A stretch of 64,000 nucleotides of DNA from an uncultured Candidatus Saccharibacteria bacterium (GTDB lineage: Bacteria > Patescibacteriota > WWE3 > UBA101185 > UBA10185). Location of the stretch: contig CAZXUJ010000001.1 of NCBI GenBank assembly GCA_964643995.1, forward strand, positions 69,622-133,621, in the 5' to 3' direction. Below are positions 30,258-40,925 of this stretch, one piece after another (the stretch's first letter is position 1; each line of letters begins with the position of its first letter). The position numbers were made by a program, and so were the translations under genes. The notes beneath the pieces are model-generated. The model was given only the letters and a program-made list of their open reading frames with translations, was not told the DNA's origin and made no database searches.

Positions 30258-30882
30258 AGAGGCAATTGCAAAAAAATACAACTCTGAACTAGAAGGAAAC
30301 CCTTACGGATCTATGGCTACCATAAAAGGGTTTATAAAAGGAGGAACTAGAGTATTGGACGTGGGATGCGCAGGTGGATATTTAGGTAAACACTTCCCTA
30401 ACAATGAATTTTATGGAATTGATGGCAATGAGGTTGCGGTGAAAGAAGCAAAAAAGTCATATAAAGAGGTAGCACTAGTGGATCTTAACAAAATTCCCAA
30501 AGATTTGGTTTTCAGTGAAAAGTTTGATTATGTGATTTTCGCCGATGTTCTGGAACATCTCCTGCATCCAAAGGAAATATTGCAACACTTTAGAAACTAC
30601 CTCAAGGATGGAGGGCAAATAATAGTTTCGGTTCCAAATGTAGCGTTATGGAGGGTTAGGTTAAACCTATTACTGGGCAGATTTGAATACACTGATTATG
30701 GTGTTTTAGATAGAACTCATGTACATTTGTATACATTCAAAAGTACAAGAGAGCTTTTGCAATCTGCAGGACTTAGGGTCAAATACTCTACAGGTGCGGC
30801 CTATGCACTGGGACCCCTAGCTAAACTGCCATCACCTGCCAAGGAATTATTTAGCGTGCACGTTATAATGGTTGCGGAATGA
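30250..30882 (+). CDS. Class I SAM-dependent methyltransferase
   Basis: VLDVGCAGGYLG motif I and FDYVIFADVLEHLLHP. Confidence 0.75.
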   Translation: MYKEAIAKKYNSELEGNPYGSMATIKGFIKGGTRVLDVGCAGGYLGKHFPNNEFYGIDGNEVAVKEAKKSYKEVALVDLNKIPKDLVFSEKFDYVIFADVLEHLLHPKEILQHFRNYLKDGGQIIVSVPNVALWRVRLNLLLGRFEYTDYGVLDRTHVHLYTFKSTRELLQSAGLRVKYSTGAAYALGPLAKLPSPAKELFSVHVIMVAE

Positions 30883-32945
30883 TTAAGGGCTTTATAAAAA
30901 ATCACTACATATTAATATTACTTATACTAATACATGTTGTTACACATCACACATGGATTTTTAACACTGACTATCTGACTTATGGTGATGCAAGAGTATA
31001 TCCCCCACAAATGCAGGCGGATTTAATTCAAGATTCCTTAAAAACTTATGCAACTGGCATTGACTTGGGATCCTTCGAATTAAGCGGAGGTGCCAGCATA
31101 ATTAAATTGGTTCACGGACTACTTGGAAAAATAGGTATTTACTATAATCTTTCCTTCAGGGTTATTTACATGTACCCATATGTATTCTTAGCTCCTGTTG
31201 CAATATACCTACTAACATCAAGATTTATAAAAAACAAATTCGGACTGTTTTGTGCTGGATTAGTATATCTATTTAACACTTACTTCTTGGTACTTCAAAC
31301 AGCCGGGGTAACCATGTTACTGGCAAATATGTGGGGCACTTTTATGCTTGTCTATTACTACAAACTATTCATGGAGAAGAGGTCTGTCTTTAACTATTTA
31401 ATGATTGTTCTTATGTCCCTGCTTGCCTGTATTTACGAATTCAGAATATTCTATCTCGCAATAATTCTGTGTAGCATGCTTGTTATATATAAATTCATTT
31501 TTATAGAACGCAAATGGTCTGACCTGTTTCTCCATGCCAGTATAGGCATAGTTACATTGATTCTAAACTCGTTTTGGTTTTTGCCAGTTATCCTATCAGG
31601 ACAACTTCTGGAGAACAGGCTTTTTTCCAGAGGACTTTTTGGGAGTGGCTACTTTGATTTATTCAGCGCCTTTAATCTTTTTCATAGATTCTGGACTGGA
31701 GGAGCAATAGCTCAGTTTGTAAATCAACCAATACCTATGCTTTTTTGGGCAGTGCCGATTTGTGTAATAATAGCCATCTACAAAAATGAAAAAAACAAGT
31801 GGGCACAATTTTTTGCTGTAATTGCCATATTGGGTGTCTTCTTAACTAAACAAGAAGATTTACCCTTCCCGCACATATATTCGTGGTTATACAATAATTT
31901 CCCTGGGTTTAACGCCTTCAGAGAAGCCTCAAAATTTTACTTTATTACAGCAATAGGATATTCAGTACTGATAGGTTATTTTATGCAGTGGCTATGGGAA
32001 ACTAAATTTACGAACCTGTATCAAAGATATGCACGGGTGCTAGCAAGCATACTTATTGCTGGTATATTTCTTTATAACTCAATTCCCTTGGTTACATTGG
32101 AATTAGGATCACTGTTTATTCCAAGACATATTCCACAGGAATACAAAGTGTACAACGAATTTATAATAAGTCAGGACGATTCCTTCAGAACTCTTTGGGT
32201 GCCCTCTGAATCTAAGTGGGGCTACTACTCAAACAGCAAACCGCGCCTTGGATTTGGACTTATGAGTACAGTAAATTGGGAAAACTTAAAAAACAGGCCC
32301 GACTATGTACAATACGATCTTCCAAAGAATATTATTGCCAACTTATTAATGCAAACGTTTTCGGATAACCTCATAGACGCACACTCGATAAAATATGTTG
32401 TCGTACCAACATATGATTTAGAAAATGACGACAATATTTATATCCATTTTGGGAATGACAGGAACTTCTATCTAAATTTGGTTTCAAATTTAGGCTACCT
32501 GAAACCATTAGATATTGGCACAAGAGACTTAAAAGTATTTCGAAATGACAACTACAAACCACGAATTTACTTAACGAACGAAAAGGAAACCCTTGCAACA
32601 CGTATCCCATATGAAGAAGTTGAGTACACGCTGATTAGTCCAACAGAATATATAATAAAACTTAAAGACCTAACAACACCAGTTTATTTAAATTTTTCAG
32701 AAAAGTTCGATTCTGGCTGGGCACTAAAAGATAATAACTACTTTTTGGATGAGCTAGATCACTTTTCAAACGAGTATAACCTAAACACCTTCGTACTTGA
32801 CGAAAAGTATGAAAATAGAGAACTGACTCTGTATTACAAACCACAAGCATACTTCGATGCCGGAATACTTGTATCTCTAGGAGCACTAGCTACACTGATA
32901 ACAAGTGCGTTTGGCATAGTTATTTTCAGCAAAATAAGGAAATGA
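30879..32945 (+). CDS. Large polytopic membrane protein, putative GT-C-fold glycosyltransferase/polymerase
   Basis: 688 aa with about 12 N-terminal TM helices and a 270-aa C-terminal extracytoplasmic domain. ATGA overlap with its neighbours inside the glycan operon. The assignment is structural inference only. Confidence 0.4.
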   Translation: MIKGFIKNHYILILLILIHVVTHHTWIFNTDYLTYGDARVYPPQMQADLIQDSLKTYATGIDLGSFELSGGASIIKLVHGLLGKIGIYYNLSFRVIYMYPYVFLAPVAIYLLTSRFIKNKFGLFCAGLVYLFNTYFLVLQTAGVTMLLANMWGTFMLVYYYKLFMEKRSVFNYLMIVLMSLLACIYEFRIFYLAIILCSMLVIYKFIFIERKWSDLFLHASIGIVTLILNSFWFLPVILSGQLLENRLFSRGLFGSGYFDLFSAFNLFHRFWTGGAIAQFVNQPIPMLFWAVPICVIIAIYKNEKNKWAQFFAVIAILGVFLTKQEDLPFPHIYSWLYNNFPGFNAFREASKFYFITAIGYSVLIGYFMQWLWETKFTNLYQRYARVLASILIAGIFLYNSIPLVTLELGSLFIPRHIPQEYKVYNEFIISQDDSFRTLWVPSESKWGYYSNSKPRLGFGLMSTVNWENLKNRPDYVQYDLPKNIIANLLMQTFSDNLIDAHSIKYVVVPTYDLENDDNIYIHFGNDRNFYLNLVSNLGYLKPLDIGTRDLKVFRNDNYKPRIYLTNEKETLATRIPYEEVEYTLISPTEYIIKLKDLTTPVYLNFSEKFDSGWALKDNNYFLDELDHFSNEYNLNTFVLDEKYENRELTLYYKPQAYFDAGILVSLGALATLITSAFGIVIFSKIRK

Positions 32946-34672
32946 GTTACTTATACAACTATATTATAGGGTTACTCGAGGATAACACCGGTATTTTTTA
33001 TACACATTGGCTACTAAAAAACCCACAATTTAGTAGTTATATAGGATACCCCACTGGACAACCAGTAGACTTTACCAACACAAGCGAACCGTTATTTCTT
33101 CGAGGTTTTTTCTTCCTAATGGCGAACTTTAATACGGTAGCTTTCTACAACATTTTTATATTGGTATCACTTGGACTTGTGTTGATAACCACATATCTGC
33201 TTTTCAATCATTTCACGAAAACCAAAATAGTAAGCATTATGCTAGCAACACTCTTTACACTCTCCCCATATTTTTATTATCAATCAAGGTCACATGTAAC
33301 TCTTATTCAGTTTTGGCTAGTAGTTTTGTTCGTATATTTTTTGATACAAGCTAAAAGTTTTAAACACTTTTTTTGGCTTGGGCTATATCTTACCCTTGTA
33401 ACTTTAGTTAGTAACTATTTTGCATACTTCTGTTTGTTGATACTAGGTGGTTACTTTTTTGCAAAACAGATAACATACAAAATCTATGGTCTAAAGTATT
33501 GGAGTATGCAAGTGTGGCTGAAATATCTGTTTTGCCTAATCACTTTCTTTGTGACAACCGTTCCAATACTGATGCCGTATTTTAGAGCCTTTTATGGGAC
33601 CAATGACAGCAGTAACCAAACAGAGAGCACTGATTCAAAAGGACTGAATAGAACACTGGAAGACTTTTTTATATTTTCTTCACGACCGTGGTATTTTGTA
33701 CTACCCTCAATAGATAATCCATTTGTTGGTAACGTCACCAACGAAACAGTAAGGTGGCTACAAAATGATTGGGGATATTTCCTTACCCAAAACTACTTTA
33801 AAAGTGAGCACAGTGCTAGCTTTCTCGGCTGGATTAACATTGTGATGGCATCCTACGGAGTTTATCTAGTTATCAGAAGACTTAGAGAAAAACAACTTAC
33901 CACGCCAACAAGTATAGAAGACTCTACTGAATTAAAAATTCTTGCACTCGTGCTAGTTGCAATTTTCTTGGGCATTCTTACGCTTCCTCCATATATTACT
34001 TTGGGTGGAATAAAACTTCATATGCCAAGTTACATCTTATATAAGGTGTTTCCAATGTTCAGAGTACTGACAAGATTAGGTACTGTTATTTTACTTATTG
34101 TGCTAGTCCCCACTGCATATACGTACAAGGAATCTATAACTAAAATAAAGGAGAAAAAGGGAGTATTGGTAAGCACACTACTTATACTGCCGATATATGC
34201 TTTTAGTTTAGCAGAGTTTTTTGTTCCAATAAAACTTACAGATGTGTCACAAATGCCTGAAGTGTTTGAATATGTGAAAACGCAGACACCACAAGATTCA
34301 GTTATTGCGGTGTTTCCATACAGTAGAACAAACACTGCGATGTTCTGGATTAAAGATTTTCAAAGAGCAGTTGTTAATCCTAGAGAGTTCAAGGATCCAA
34401 AGAGAGGTTTTAACTCTGAGAATTTTACAAAGGAGTTAACTAAGTGTGAAGGATTAAGATCTGCAGCTCACTTAGGGGTGAATTATATTGTGGTATTTCC
34501 AAATGCGAATGAAAACACAGAAATTTTTGATAAAACCGCCGGACTTGAAAAAATTGCAGAATTCAGTGCAAGTACAACAAAACAGCGAGTTTACAAATAT
34601 AGCAGCATTGGGTATGCTGGTGCTAACGAAGGCGCAGTAGTATACAAGTTAACGAAAGTCACCTGCGAGTAA
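32942..34672 (+). CDS. Second polytopic membrane protein, putative GT-C-fold glycosyltransferase
   Basis: 576 aa with 10 or more TM helices and a C-terminal soluble domain. 4-nt overlap with the upstream gene. Confidence 0.4.
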   Translation: MSYLYNYIIGLLEDNTGIFYTHWLLKNPQFSSYIGYPTGQPVDFTNTSEPLFLRGFFFLMANFNTVAFYNIFILVSLGLVLITTYLLFNHFTKTKIVSIMLATLFTLSPYFYYQSRSHVTLIQFWLVVLFVYFLIQAKSFKHFFWLGLYLTLVTLVSNYFAYFCLLILGGYFFAKQITYKIYGLKYWSMQVWLKYLFCLITFFVTTVPILMPYFRAFYGTNDSSNQTESTDSKGLNRTLEDFFIFSSRPWYFVLPSIDNPFVGNVTNETVRWLQNDWGYFLTQNYFKSEHSASFLGWINIVMASYGVYLVIRRLREKQLTTPTSIEDSTELKILALVLVAIFLGILTLPPYITLGGIKLHMPSYILYKVFPMFRVLTRLGTVILLIVLVPTAYTYKESITKIKEKKGVLVSTLLILPIYAFSLAEFFVPIKLTDVSQMPEVFEYVKTQTPQDSVIAVFPYSRTNTAMFWIKDFQRAVVNPREFKDPKRGFNSENFTKELTKCEGLRSAAHLGVNYIVVFPNANENTEIFDKTAGLEKIAEFSASTTKQRVYKYSSIGYAGANEGAVVYKLTKVTCE

Positions 34673-34676
34673 ATTA

Positions 34677-35051
34677 ATGAGTGTAAATAACCTAATTGTA
34701 ATACTTTTAGTAATAATGCTTATTGGGATAGTTTTTTTATCAACTAAAAGAAGAATTGAATTGACGGTTCTAGTTTCAATGTTAACAGGGATTACTATGC
34801 TTTACATTGTGAAATTACCGTTTCTTATTAATACTATCAGTATTGTATTTATACTCTTACTACTTATCTGGGCGTTTAAAATTTCTCGAGATATTATCTA
34901 CATCGGAGCTATATTTTTTATATTGTGTAGTGCTGTTTTTCTTCAGTTACAATTTGAACTACCTGCTAAATTTTCGGGGACACTCAGTTTCTTTTTACTG
35001 TGTATTGGTGTAGCTAAGGACATACTTTATGAAAAAACTTTTTCTAAGTAG
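34677..35051 (+). CDS. Small 4-TM membrane protein
   Basis: 124 aa and strongly hydrophobic. Lies within the operon. Confidence 0.4.
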   Translation: MSVNNLIVILLVIMLIGIVFLSTKRRIELTVLVSMLTGITMLYIVKLPFLINTISIVFILLLLIWAFKISRDIIYIGAIFFILCSAVFLQLQFELPAKFSGTLSFFLLCIGVAKDILYEKTFSK

Positions 35052-37116
35052 CATTCTCTGCCTTGCGATGCTATCAATAGGATTTTTCAAAACAACAGCT
35101 GCTGATAAGACAGGCTATTTTGCAAGGCTTCTATCCAGCTGGGATATAGATATATATACGCTCAATGAAAATGTAGAAACTAAGAAATGGGAACTACCAA
35201 AAGACAACGAAGACGACTTTCTACTCCTAACCACCAATCAAATGACACTGATTGGAATGAATCTAGATATGCTACTTTCATACAATAAAGTGATATTAGT
35301 ATGTGACACTAGCGTGGAGTTAAGTAAAGAACTTGCGTGTAGTTTTGATGGTATTACTACCACTTTTCAAAAAACAGAGTTGGCATCGGACAATAGTAAT
35401 AGTATTTTGAACATATTTCTTGGAAACACCAATTTGATAGTTATCCCAGAAGCCGGATTTGTACTACCTAAAAATACCGCTGAAACTACTGCCTATTTTG
35501 AAGCACTTGCTATCTCAAGAGAAAATAAGGCACAAAACAGTGAGGAGAACACTAGGACCGATACTGCAAAGCCTCAATCTGTAGTTATCGAAAACTCAGA
35601 ATTGATAGGTTATTTAGTATTTTTATTACTATTCAATTTTATAGTCGTAATGCCGATAAAAAAATTAAGCAGTACTGGCCGAGTAACATTACGAAATATG
35701 TACACTCAGCAACTTGGCGAACTTAAGAGATTCGTTGATATGTACGAGCCTTTTTCAAAATATTTAGTTACGATGGGGATCTGTGTAAACATCATTGTAG
35801 GAGGTGTTTTTCTGCTGAACAACGGGTTAAGGCTATTACTAGATGCGGCCAAAACACTTCTAGCAACACCAACATTAGCAGACATTGTTGGTTTGGAAAT
35901 CTTCAGTTCCCGATATGCACTAGTATTAGTAATAGTAAATATTCTGTTGCTTGGCGTTTTAAGCCCCATGGTTATTGATAGAGTAATCGCAAACCTAAAC
36001 ATAAAGATGCTGTTACCACAGCACAAAATAAAAGATGATATAGCCAAGTGGATAGTGATAGTTTTCGGTATAGCGGGAATTATGATTGCTTCTACTGGGA
36101 CAATTGCTGAAACACATCATTTATTAACTGCAGTTTTACTGGTTATAACCTATATACTTTTTGTGTCACATGAGTTTAAATTCACGGTTAAAGAAAAATT
36201 ACTGGCTACATGTGTTATAGCAACTGTGGCAATTGTTGTACCAAGTTATAGTTACTACTCTCAGGAGATTTCGATACATATAACTGAAGAAAAATTGTTC
36301 AGTGACTCTGAGAGAATAGTTGTATTGCCATACAAAAGAGTTATAACTAAAAACACAAAAATAAAAGAGTTCACTACAGGAATTGATTTTCCAATCTTTA
36401 TTGAACACCAACTTATATACCACCCAAGTTACCCGAACATTGTCAACAAAAATATTGAAAGCATTGATCTAACAAATAACTACATGGTAGTAACTAAAGG
36501 TAAAAAAGACTACATCAACACCTTGCTTTCATTTCCAATATTACTAAAACACGTTGAGGCAAATGGTGTAAGTGAGTTCTTTTATACCGAAACAAACTTT
36601 GCACAAACAGATACCGTAGCAGTCAAAATGACAATAGATTGTTCAAAAGATACGTCAGCAAAGGAAATATATCTAGAAAAGTATAGGTTATCTACGGACC
36701 CCGAACAATTTAACTTACTTATTTTTCCAGGATGCACACCAATGCAAAAGGAACTAACATATACAGCTCCAATTGATACAAGATATATGCAACAACCTGG
36801 TATCTTTCAAATTCAAAACTTCTCAAAAGTTAGATTTAGTAAAATAGTGCTCCAAGTCAATGGCGTTGATGTGGAACCAAAGTATATTAAGACTCCAAAC
36901 GACTACCAACAACTTGGCACAGGACAAAATAAGCTAGACTCCACAGAACTGTATGTTTATTCCCAAGAAACTGAGGATGATACAAAGTATAAAAACACGA
37001 CCAAGGACGTAAACATAGGTTCACTCATAAATACTGCCCTAGAAACTATGAATATAGAAAATAATTTCGTAATGTGGTCAAGTGCAGAAAATGCAATAAT
37101 TAAAAACGTACAGTAA
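35029..37116 (+). CDS. Hypothetical secreted/membrane protein (signal peptide, central 6-TM block, C-terminal domain)
   Basis: 695 aa. The signal peptide is MKKLFLSSILCLAMLSIGFF, and the hydrophobic block spans about aa 190-400. Confidence 0.45.
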   Translation: MKKLFLSSILCLAMLSIGFFKTTAADKTGYFARLLSSWDIDIYTLNENVETKKWELPKDNEDDFLLLTTNQMTLIGMNLDMLLSYNKVILVCDTSVELSKELACSFDGITTTFQKTELASDNSNSILNIFLGNTNLIVIPEAGFVLPKNTAETTAYFEALAISRENKAQNSEENTRTDTAKPQSVVIENSELIGYLVFLLLFNFIVVMPIKKLSSTGRVTLRNMYTQQLGELKRFVDMYEPFSKYLVTMGICVNIIVGGVFLLNNGLRLLLDAAKTLLATPTLADIVGLEIFSSRYALVLVIVNILLLGVLSPMVIDRVIANLNIKMLLPQHKIKDDIAKWIVIVFGIAGIMIASTGTIAETHHLLTAVLLVITYILFVSHEFKFTVKEKLLATCVIATVAIVVPSYSYYSQEISIHITEEKLFSDSERIVVLPYKRVITKNTKIKEFTTGIDFPIFIEHQLIYHPSYPNIVNKNIESIDLTNNYMVVTKGKKDYINTLLSFPILLKHVEANGVSEFFYTETNFAQTDTVAVKMTIDCSKDTSAKEIYLEKYRLSTDPEQFNLLIFPGCTPMQKELTYTAPIDTRYMQQPGIFQIQNFSKVRFSKIVLQVNGVDVEPKYIKTPNDYQQLGTGQNKLDSTELYVYSQETEDDTKYKNTTKDVNIGSLINTALETMNIENNFVMWSSAENAIIKNVQ

Positions 37117-37122
37117 AAGATT

Positions 37123-38292
37123 ATGAAAATCGCATTTTATATAACTACAATTTTAGAACAGGGAGGTGGAAGTCAGGAATATCTTATAACAACAGCTAAA
37201 AAGCTTTCGGAACTTTATGGTCATAATGTTGACATTGTAGGGCTTGATGACAAATATACAGTTACATACTTAAGATTTTTCTTATGTATTTTTTATCTTA
37301 AATACGTGCGCAAATCGCATTTTTACAATGAAAGTCTCACCTCAATAAGGGCAAGGTTAGGAAAAGTTAAGTATGTGAAGTGCAAAAGCTTTAAGGAACT
37401 GAGGGATACCTTAAGTAAATATGACGTAGTATATAGTAAAAACGAGTTGTTAGAGGCTTTATTATTTAGTGGAGTTATAGGTTTTGAAAACATTGGTCCC
37501 GTAATATTCGCATGCGTAACAAGCATAAACTTTACTGGCAGTACTTCACCCCAAGCAATAATACGAAACAAATTATACAACGGAAGTGTTTACAAATTTC
37601 TTTGTCGCAATGTAAAAGCCTTTCACGTTCTAAATTCACACGACGAACATTTCCTACAAAAACTTTTCCCTAGCAAAAGAATATATAGGATTTGCCCATC
37701 ATTTAATTTCGACGAGTTTAAAAGACTTTCCAACGAGTATCCTGCAAACTTTGAGTTCGATGGTTCCGCAATAAACATAATTTCAGTGGGTAGACTAAGT
37801 ATTCAAAAAGGTACTGAAGAACTAATCAAACTTATAGACGAAATAAATGAACAGCAGCTTAATAACAAAGTTGTATGGTACATAGTCGGAAAAGGTGAAG
37901 AAGCTGCAAAGGTCGAGGCACTAGTCGCTAGATGGAAAAATGTAAAATATCTTGGTTACATAGAGAATAAATTCCTTCCAAGTATCCTAGAAAACATGAG
38001 TTTATATATATCCCTAAGCAAAGGTGAAACTTTTGGATATACTATCGTCGAAGCAAATACTTTTGAAGTACCAGTTATATCCTACGATCTTTCTGGACCA
38101 CGAGAACTTGTGGAACAAGGAAAAAATGGTTATTTAGCAAAAGATTATGAGGACTTCAAAAGAGCACTTATAGACTTTTTAGAAGGTGATCTTCACTTTA
38201 CGGATGTTGAGAAAGTAGTGCGGGATAGGCTGGATGCTAGGATAATTTATGGCAAAATATTAAAAATGTTCGAGGAGGTTTACAATAAATAG
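37123..38292 (+). CDS. Glycosyltransferase family 4 (GT-B)
   Basis: C-terminal EX7E-type motif ETFGYTIVEANTFEVPVISYDLSGPRELVEQGKNGYL. Confidence 0.8.
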   Translation: MKIAFYITTILEQGGGSQEYLITTAKKLSELYGHNVDIVGLDDKYTVTYLRFFLCIFYLKYVRKSHFYNESLTSIRARLGKVKYVKCKSFKELRDTLSKYDVVYSKNELLEALLFSGVIGFENIGPVIFACVTSINFTGSTSPQAIIRNKLYNGSVYKFLCRNVKAFHVLNSHDEHFLQKLFPSKRIYRICPSFNFDEFKRLSNEYPANFEFDGSAINIISVGRLSIQKGTEELIKLIDEINEQQLNNKVVWYIVGKGEEAAKVEALVARWKNVKYLGYIENKFLPSILENMSLYISLSKGETFGYTIVEANTFEVPVISYDLSGPRELVEQGKNGYLAKDYEDFKRALIDFLEGDLHFTDVEKVVRDRLDARIIYGKILKMFEEVYNK

Positions 38293-38293
38293 T

Positions 38294-39154
38294 ATGAATG
38301 AAGAAATACTCAACCTAGAAGGGTGCACAAAACGCAATAATAACCTTTACACATTTGACTCCAAGTTCTCTAGCGACCTTAAATTCTCAATTGAGAAATG
38401 GGACTCATGGTATAAAGAAAAGCTAAAGTCAGGATCATACAAAAAAGATTTCTACTACTATAAAGAAAATTATTTTCCACTTACTATTGCGCAACTTGAA
38501 AAAAGTAAGCCACTAAATAAGGATATTGTATTTTTGGAGATTGGAAGTGGAGAATTCTTTTTGGGAAATCTAATTGCAAACAGAGTTAAGTTGGTCATAG
38601 GAGTTGATCTGTGCCCTACAGCCCTAAAGATAGCCCAAGAAATGTTCGAAAATGCTGGAATAACAAATTATTTACTGATCCAAGCGGATATACTTGATAT
38701 GCCACTAAAAGATAATGTGATAGACCTAATATATGGTGGAGGAACTATTGAACATTTCAAAGACACACAAACCTGCATAGACGAACTATACAGAGTTCTT
38801 AAGCCAACAGGTGTGAGTTTCAACACTGTGCCCTACCTAAATATTGGGTCACTAACCTATCGGCAAATTTGGGGCAACATACCAAACTTCCCCATTTTGC
38901 GAGAACTAGCAGAACTTATACATATAAAAATACTTGGTGGAAAACACATGGTCTTCGGATATGAGTTTTCTTTTACTATCCCGCACTTACGCAAACTACA
39001 CGAAAAGGCAGGGTTCAAGAAAATTGAAATTACAAAGTTTGATGTGCACCTAAAGTTTGAGTATATACCTCATTGGCTTAGAAAACCTTTCATATGGTTA
39101 TCGTCAAACGTTGCAGCTTTTTGGCCAATGATCAAAGCTGTTGCTGTAAAATAA
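38294..39154 (+). CDS. Class I SAM-dependent methyltransferase
   Basis: VFLEIGSGEF motif I, GGGTIEHF and LKPTGVSF. Confidence 0.7.
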   Translation: MNEEILNLEGCTKRNNNLYTFDSKFSSDLKFSIEKWDSWYKEKLKSGSYKKDFYYYKENYFPLTIAQLEKSKPLNKDIVFLEIGSGEFFLGNLIANRVKLVIGVDLCPTALKIAQEMFENAGITNYLLIQADILDMPLKDNVIDLIYGGGTIEHFKDTQTCIDELYRVLKPTGVSFNTVPYLNIGSLTYRQIWGNIPNFPILRELAELIHIKILGGKHMVFGYEFSFTIPHLRKLHEKAGFKKIEITKFDVHLKFEYIPHWLRKPFIWLSSNVAAFWPMIKAVAVK

Positions 39155-39291
39155 TAAAAATATACTTGCAGCAAAAAGTATGACTGATGATAGATTTAGA
39201 CATGATGCTCGAAAAATACTTAGGAACTTCGATCAAAAAGCTTTAAAAATTATGGAAGGTGCTTAAGGGCTAAAGCATTCCACTGCTCCGG

Positions 39292-39840
39292 TTATAGATT
39301 AGAAGATTCAAATTGAGTGGGTCTAACTATAACAGCATACTCCACCTGCACCCGCCTAGTTGCTTCTTCTAGCCCCTCGCAATCACCTTGTAATAACCAG
39401 TCTTTCATGAGTTGAACCATTTCGGTTAGTGTTATTTTGTGACTATAGAGCAACCTTGCTAGGCCTGCGGGGACCCCAGAGTATGATTGAATATCCGGAG
39501 TATCGCCTAGACTTGGCAAAGACCTTACACCAGGCCAGGTACCTCTTCCATGCTGATCAGCTTTAGCTATTGCAGCAACCCTTGTTAACAGGTCTTCGGC
39601 TCTAGCAGCAGACTCAGGCGTCGATTGCTCCCAACAGTAGGTTGTGGATCTATGTTACCTTCTGTACACATTTTCGCCAAAGTTGGATCGGCAACCTCTA
39701 TACCAAGCAATCTTTTTCCCCTAATTAGTTCATCCAAACCAGCATCTCTAGCATTTAGCAAGATATAGTCATAAATATCAGGAATAGCAGGTTTCTCTAT
39801 TGAAACCCAATTTTCATCTTTTATTGATTATCGAAAGTCC
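39292..39840 (-). pseudogene. Frameshifted, start-less gene remnant
   Basis: Minus-strand translation gives ...SIEKPAIPDIYDYILLNARDAGLDELIRGKRLLGIEVADPTLAKM...LLL [frameshift] AEDLLTRVAAIAKADQHGRGTWPGV...VEYAVIVRPTQFESSNL. There is no start codon, one frameshift at least, and only a 75-aa ORF survives. Confidence 0.35.
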
Positions 39841-39949
39841 ATTTATAACAATTAATAGATCGTTAGATTTGATTTCTATCTTTGAAAAGTTGTTACTCAA
39901 AGACATAAACATAAATGTAGTCAACAGAATAACAGAAAAACACACTGGG

Positions 39950-40798
39950 TTATTTTGTATCTATTATGGTGCCGTCAGCATCATATATTATTGCTTTTAT
40001 AGTTTCTACTACTTCGGGTTGTTCTAGAAGGGCGGTTAGGTTATCTATAACATGGAAGTTCGCGTTCCTAAACAGAGATTCATCTGAAAGCGGATACATC
40101 TTTGCGGATTCATCACCCCCAGGCTGCAAATAGTAGATATGGCCTCCCTGCTCTAATATATGTTTTATTGCATCTAGATCCCAATTATTATCACCAACAT
40201 AAGCAATTTCTGCTTTTTTAATACCTTGTGCTTCGAATGTAGCGGTTGCTGTTTTTAAAGCTTCAACTTTGTTACCACTAACATTAACTTCCACGCCATT
40301 CACGTAACCTGTTTCTTCGTCATATGTAAATCTATTTGCAAATGCATTTTCAGGGGGAATCCCTAATTCTGCTACTGCAGGATCTACTAAATACTTAAAA
40401 CCAGAGCTAACAACCGCAGCTTGCACTCCGCGCTCTTTTAATAAAGGTAGTGTTTCTTTTGCGGCTGATGTGGCCTCGGATGCAGGAAGCATACTCTCTA
40501 AATCACCTTCTTTAGGAAGTCTGCCTTTAATAGCTCTATAAGTCGAAGTGAAATTTTTAACTTCCCAAACTATAAGACCTTGATAATCAGCTTCTGTTCT
40601 TCCACTGGCTGCAAAAATCTGAATTTGCGTTTTAAGTTCCTCTTCTATCCCTAGTTGTTCAGCAACGAACATATAAGGATTTTCACCACCTTTGCTTCTT
40701 TTGTTTGCAGGAGTAACCTCAGGTTTGGCTGTCGCAACAATAGAATATTCAGCATCAGGAATGTATTTTGCTTCGTCAGTCATAAGATGATTATACAT
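39950..40798 (-). CDS. HAD-superfamily hydrolase-like protein with atypical motif order
   Basis: Motifs II-IV appear in order: VVSSGF (II), SGNKVEAL (III K) and IAYVGDNNWDLDAIK (IV). A canonical motif I (IIYDADGTIIDT) lies at the extreme C-terminus just before the stop. Confidence 0.5.
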   Translation of the reverse strand: MYNHLMTDEAKYIPDAEYSIVATAKPEVTPANKRSKGGENPYMFVAEQLGIEEELKTQIQIFAASGRTEADYQGLIVWEVKNFTSTYRAIKGRLPKEGDLESMLPASEATSAAKETLPLLKERGVQAAVVSSGFKYLVDPAVAELGIPPENAFANRFTYDEETGYVNGVEVNVSGNKVEALKTATATFEAQGIKKAEIAYVGDNNWDLDAIKHILEQGGHIYYLQPGGDESAKMYPLSDESLFRNANFHVIDNLTALLEQPEVVETIKAIIYDADGTIIDTK

Positions 40799-40925
40799 TG
40801 ATTAAAAATATAAAGAAACAAAAGGTTCAATCTTTGCATCAGGGTATTAATAAAGGTAATTTTTTTGAACCAAAAGACTGTCGTAATACAGGGGATAATA
40901 TGTGTATGTTCGTAAACAGTCCCAT

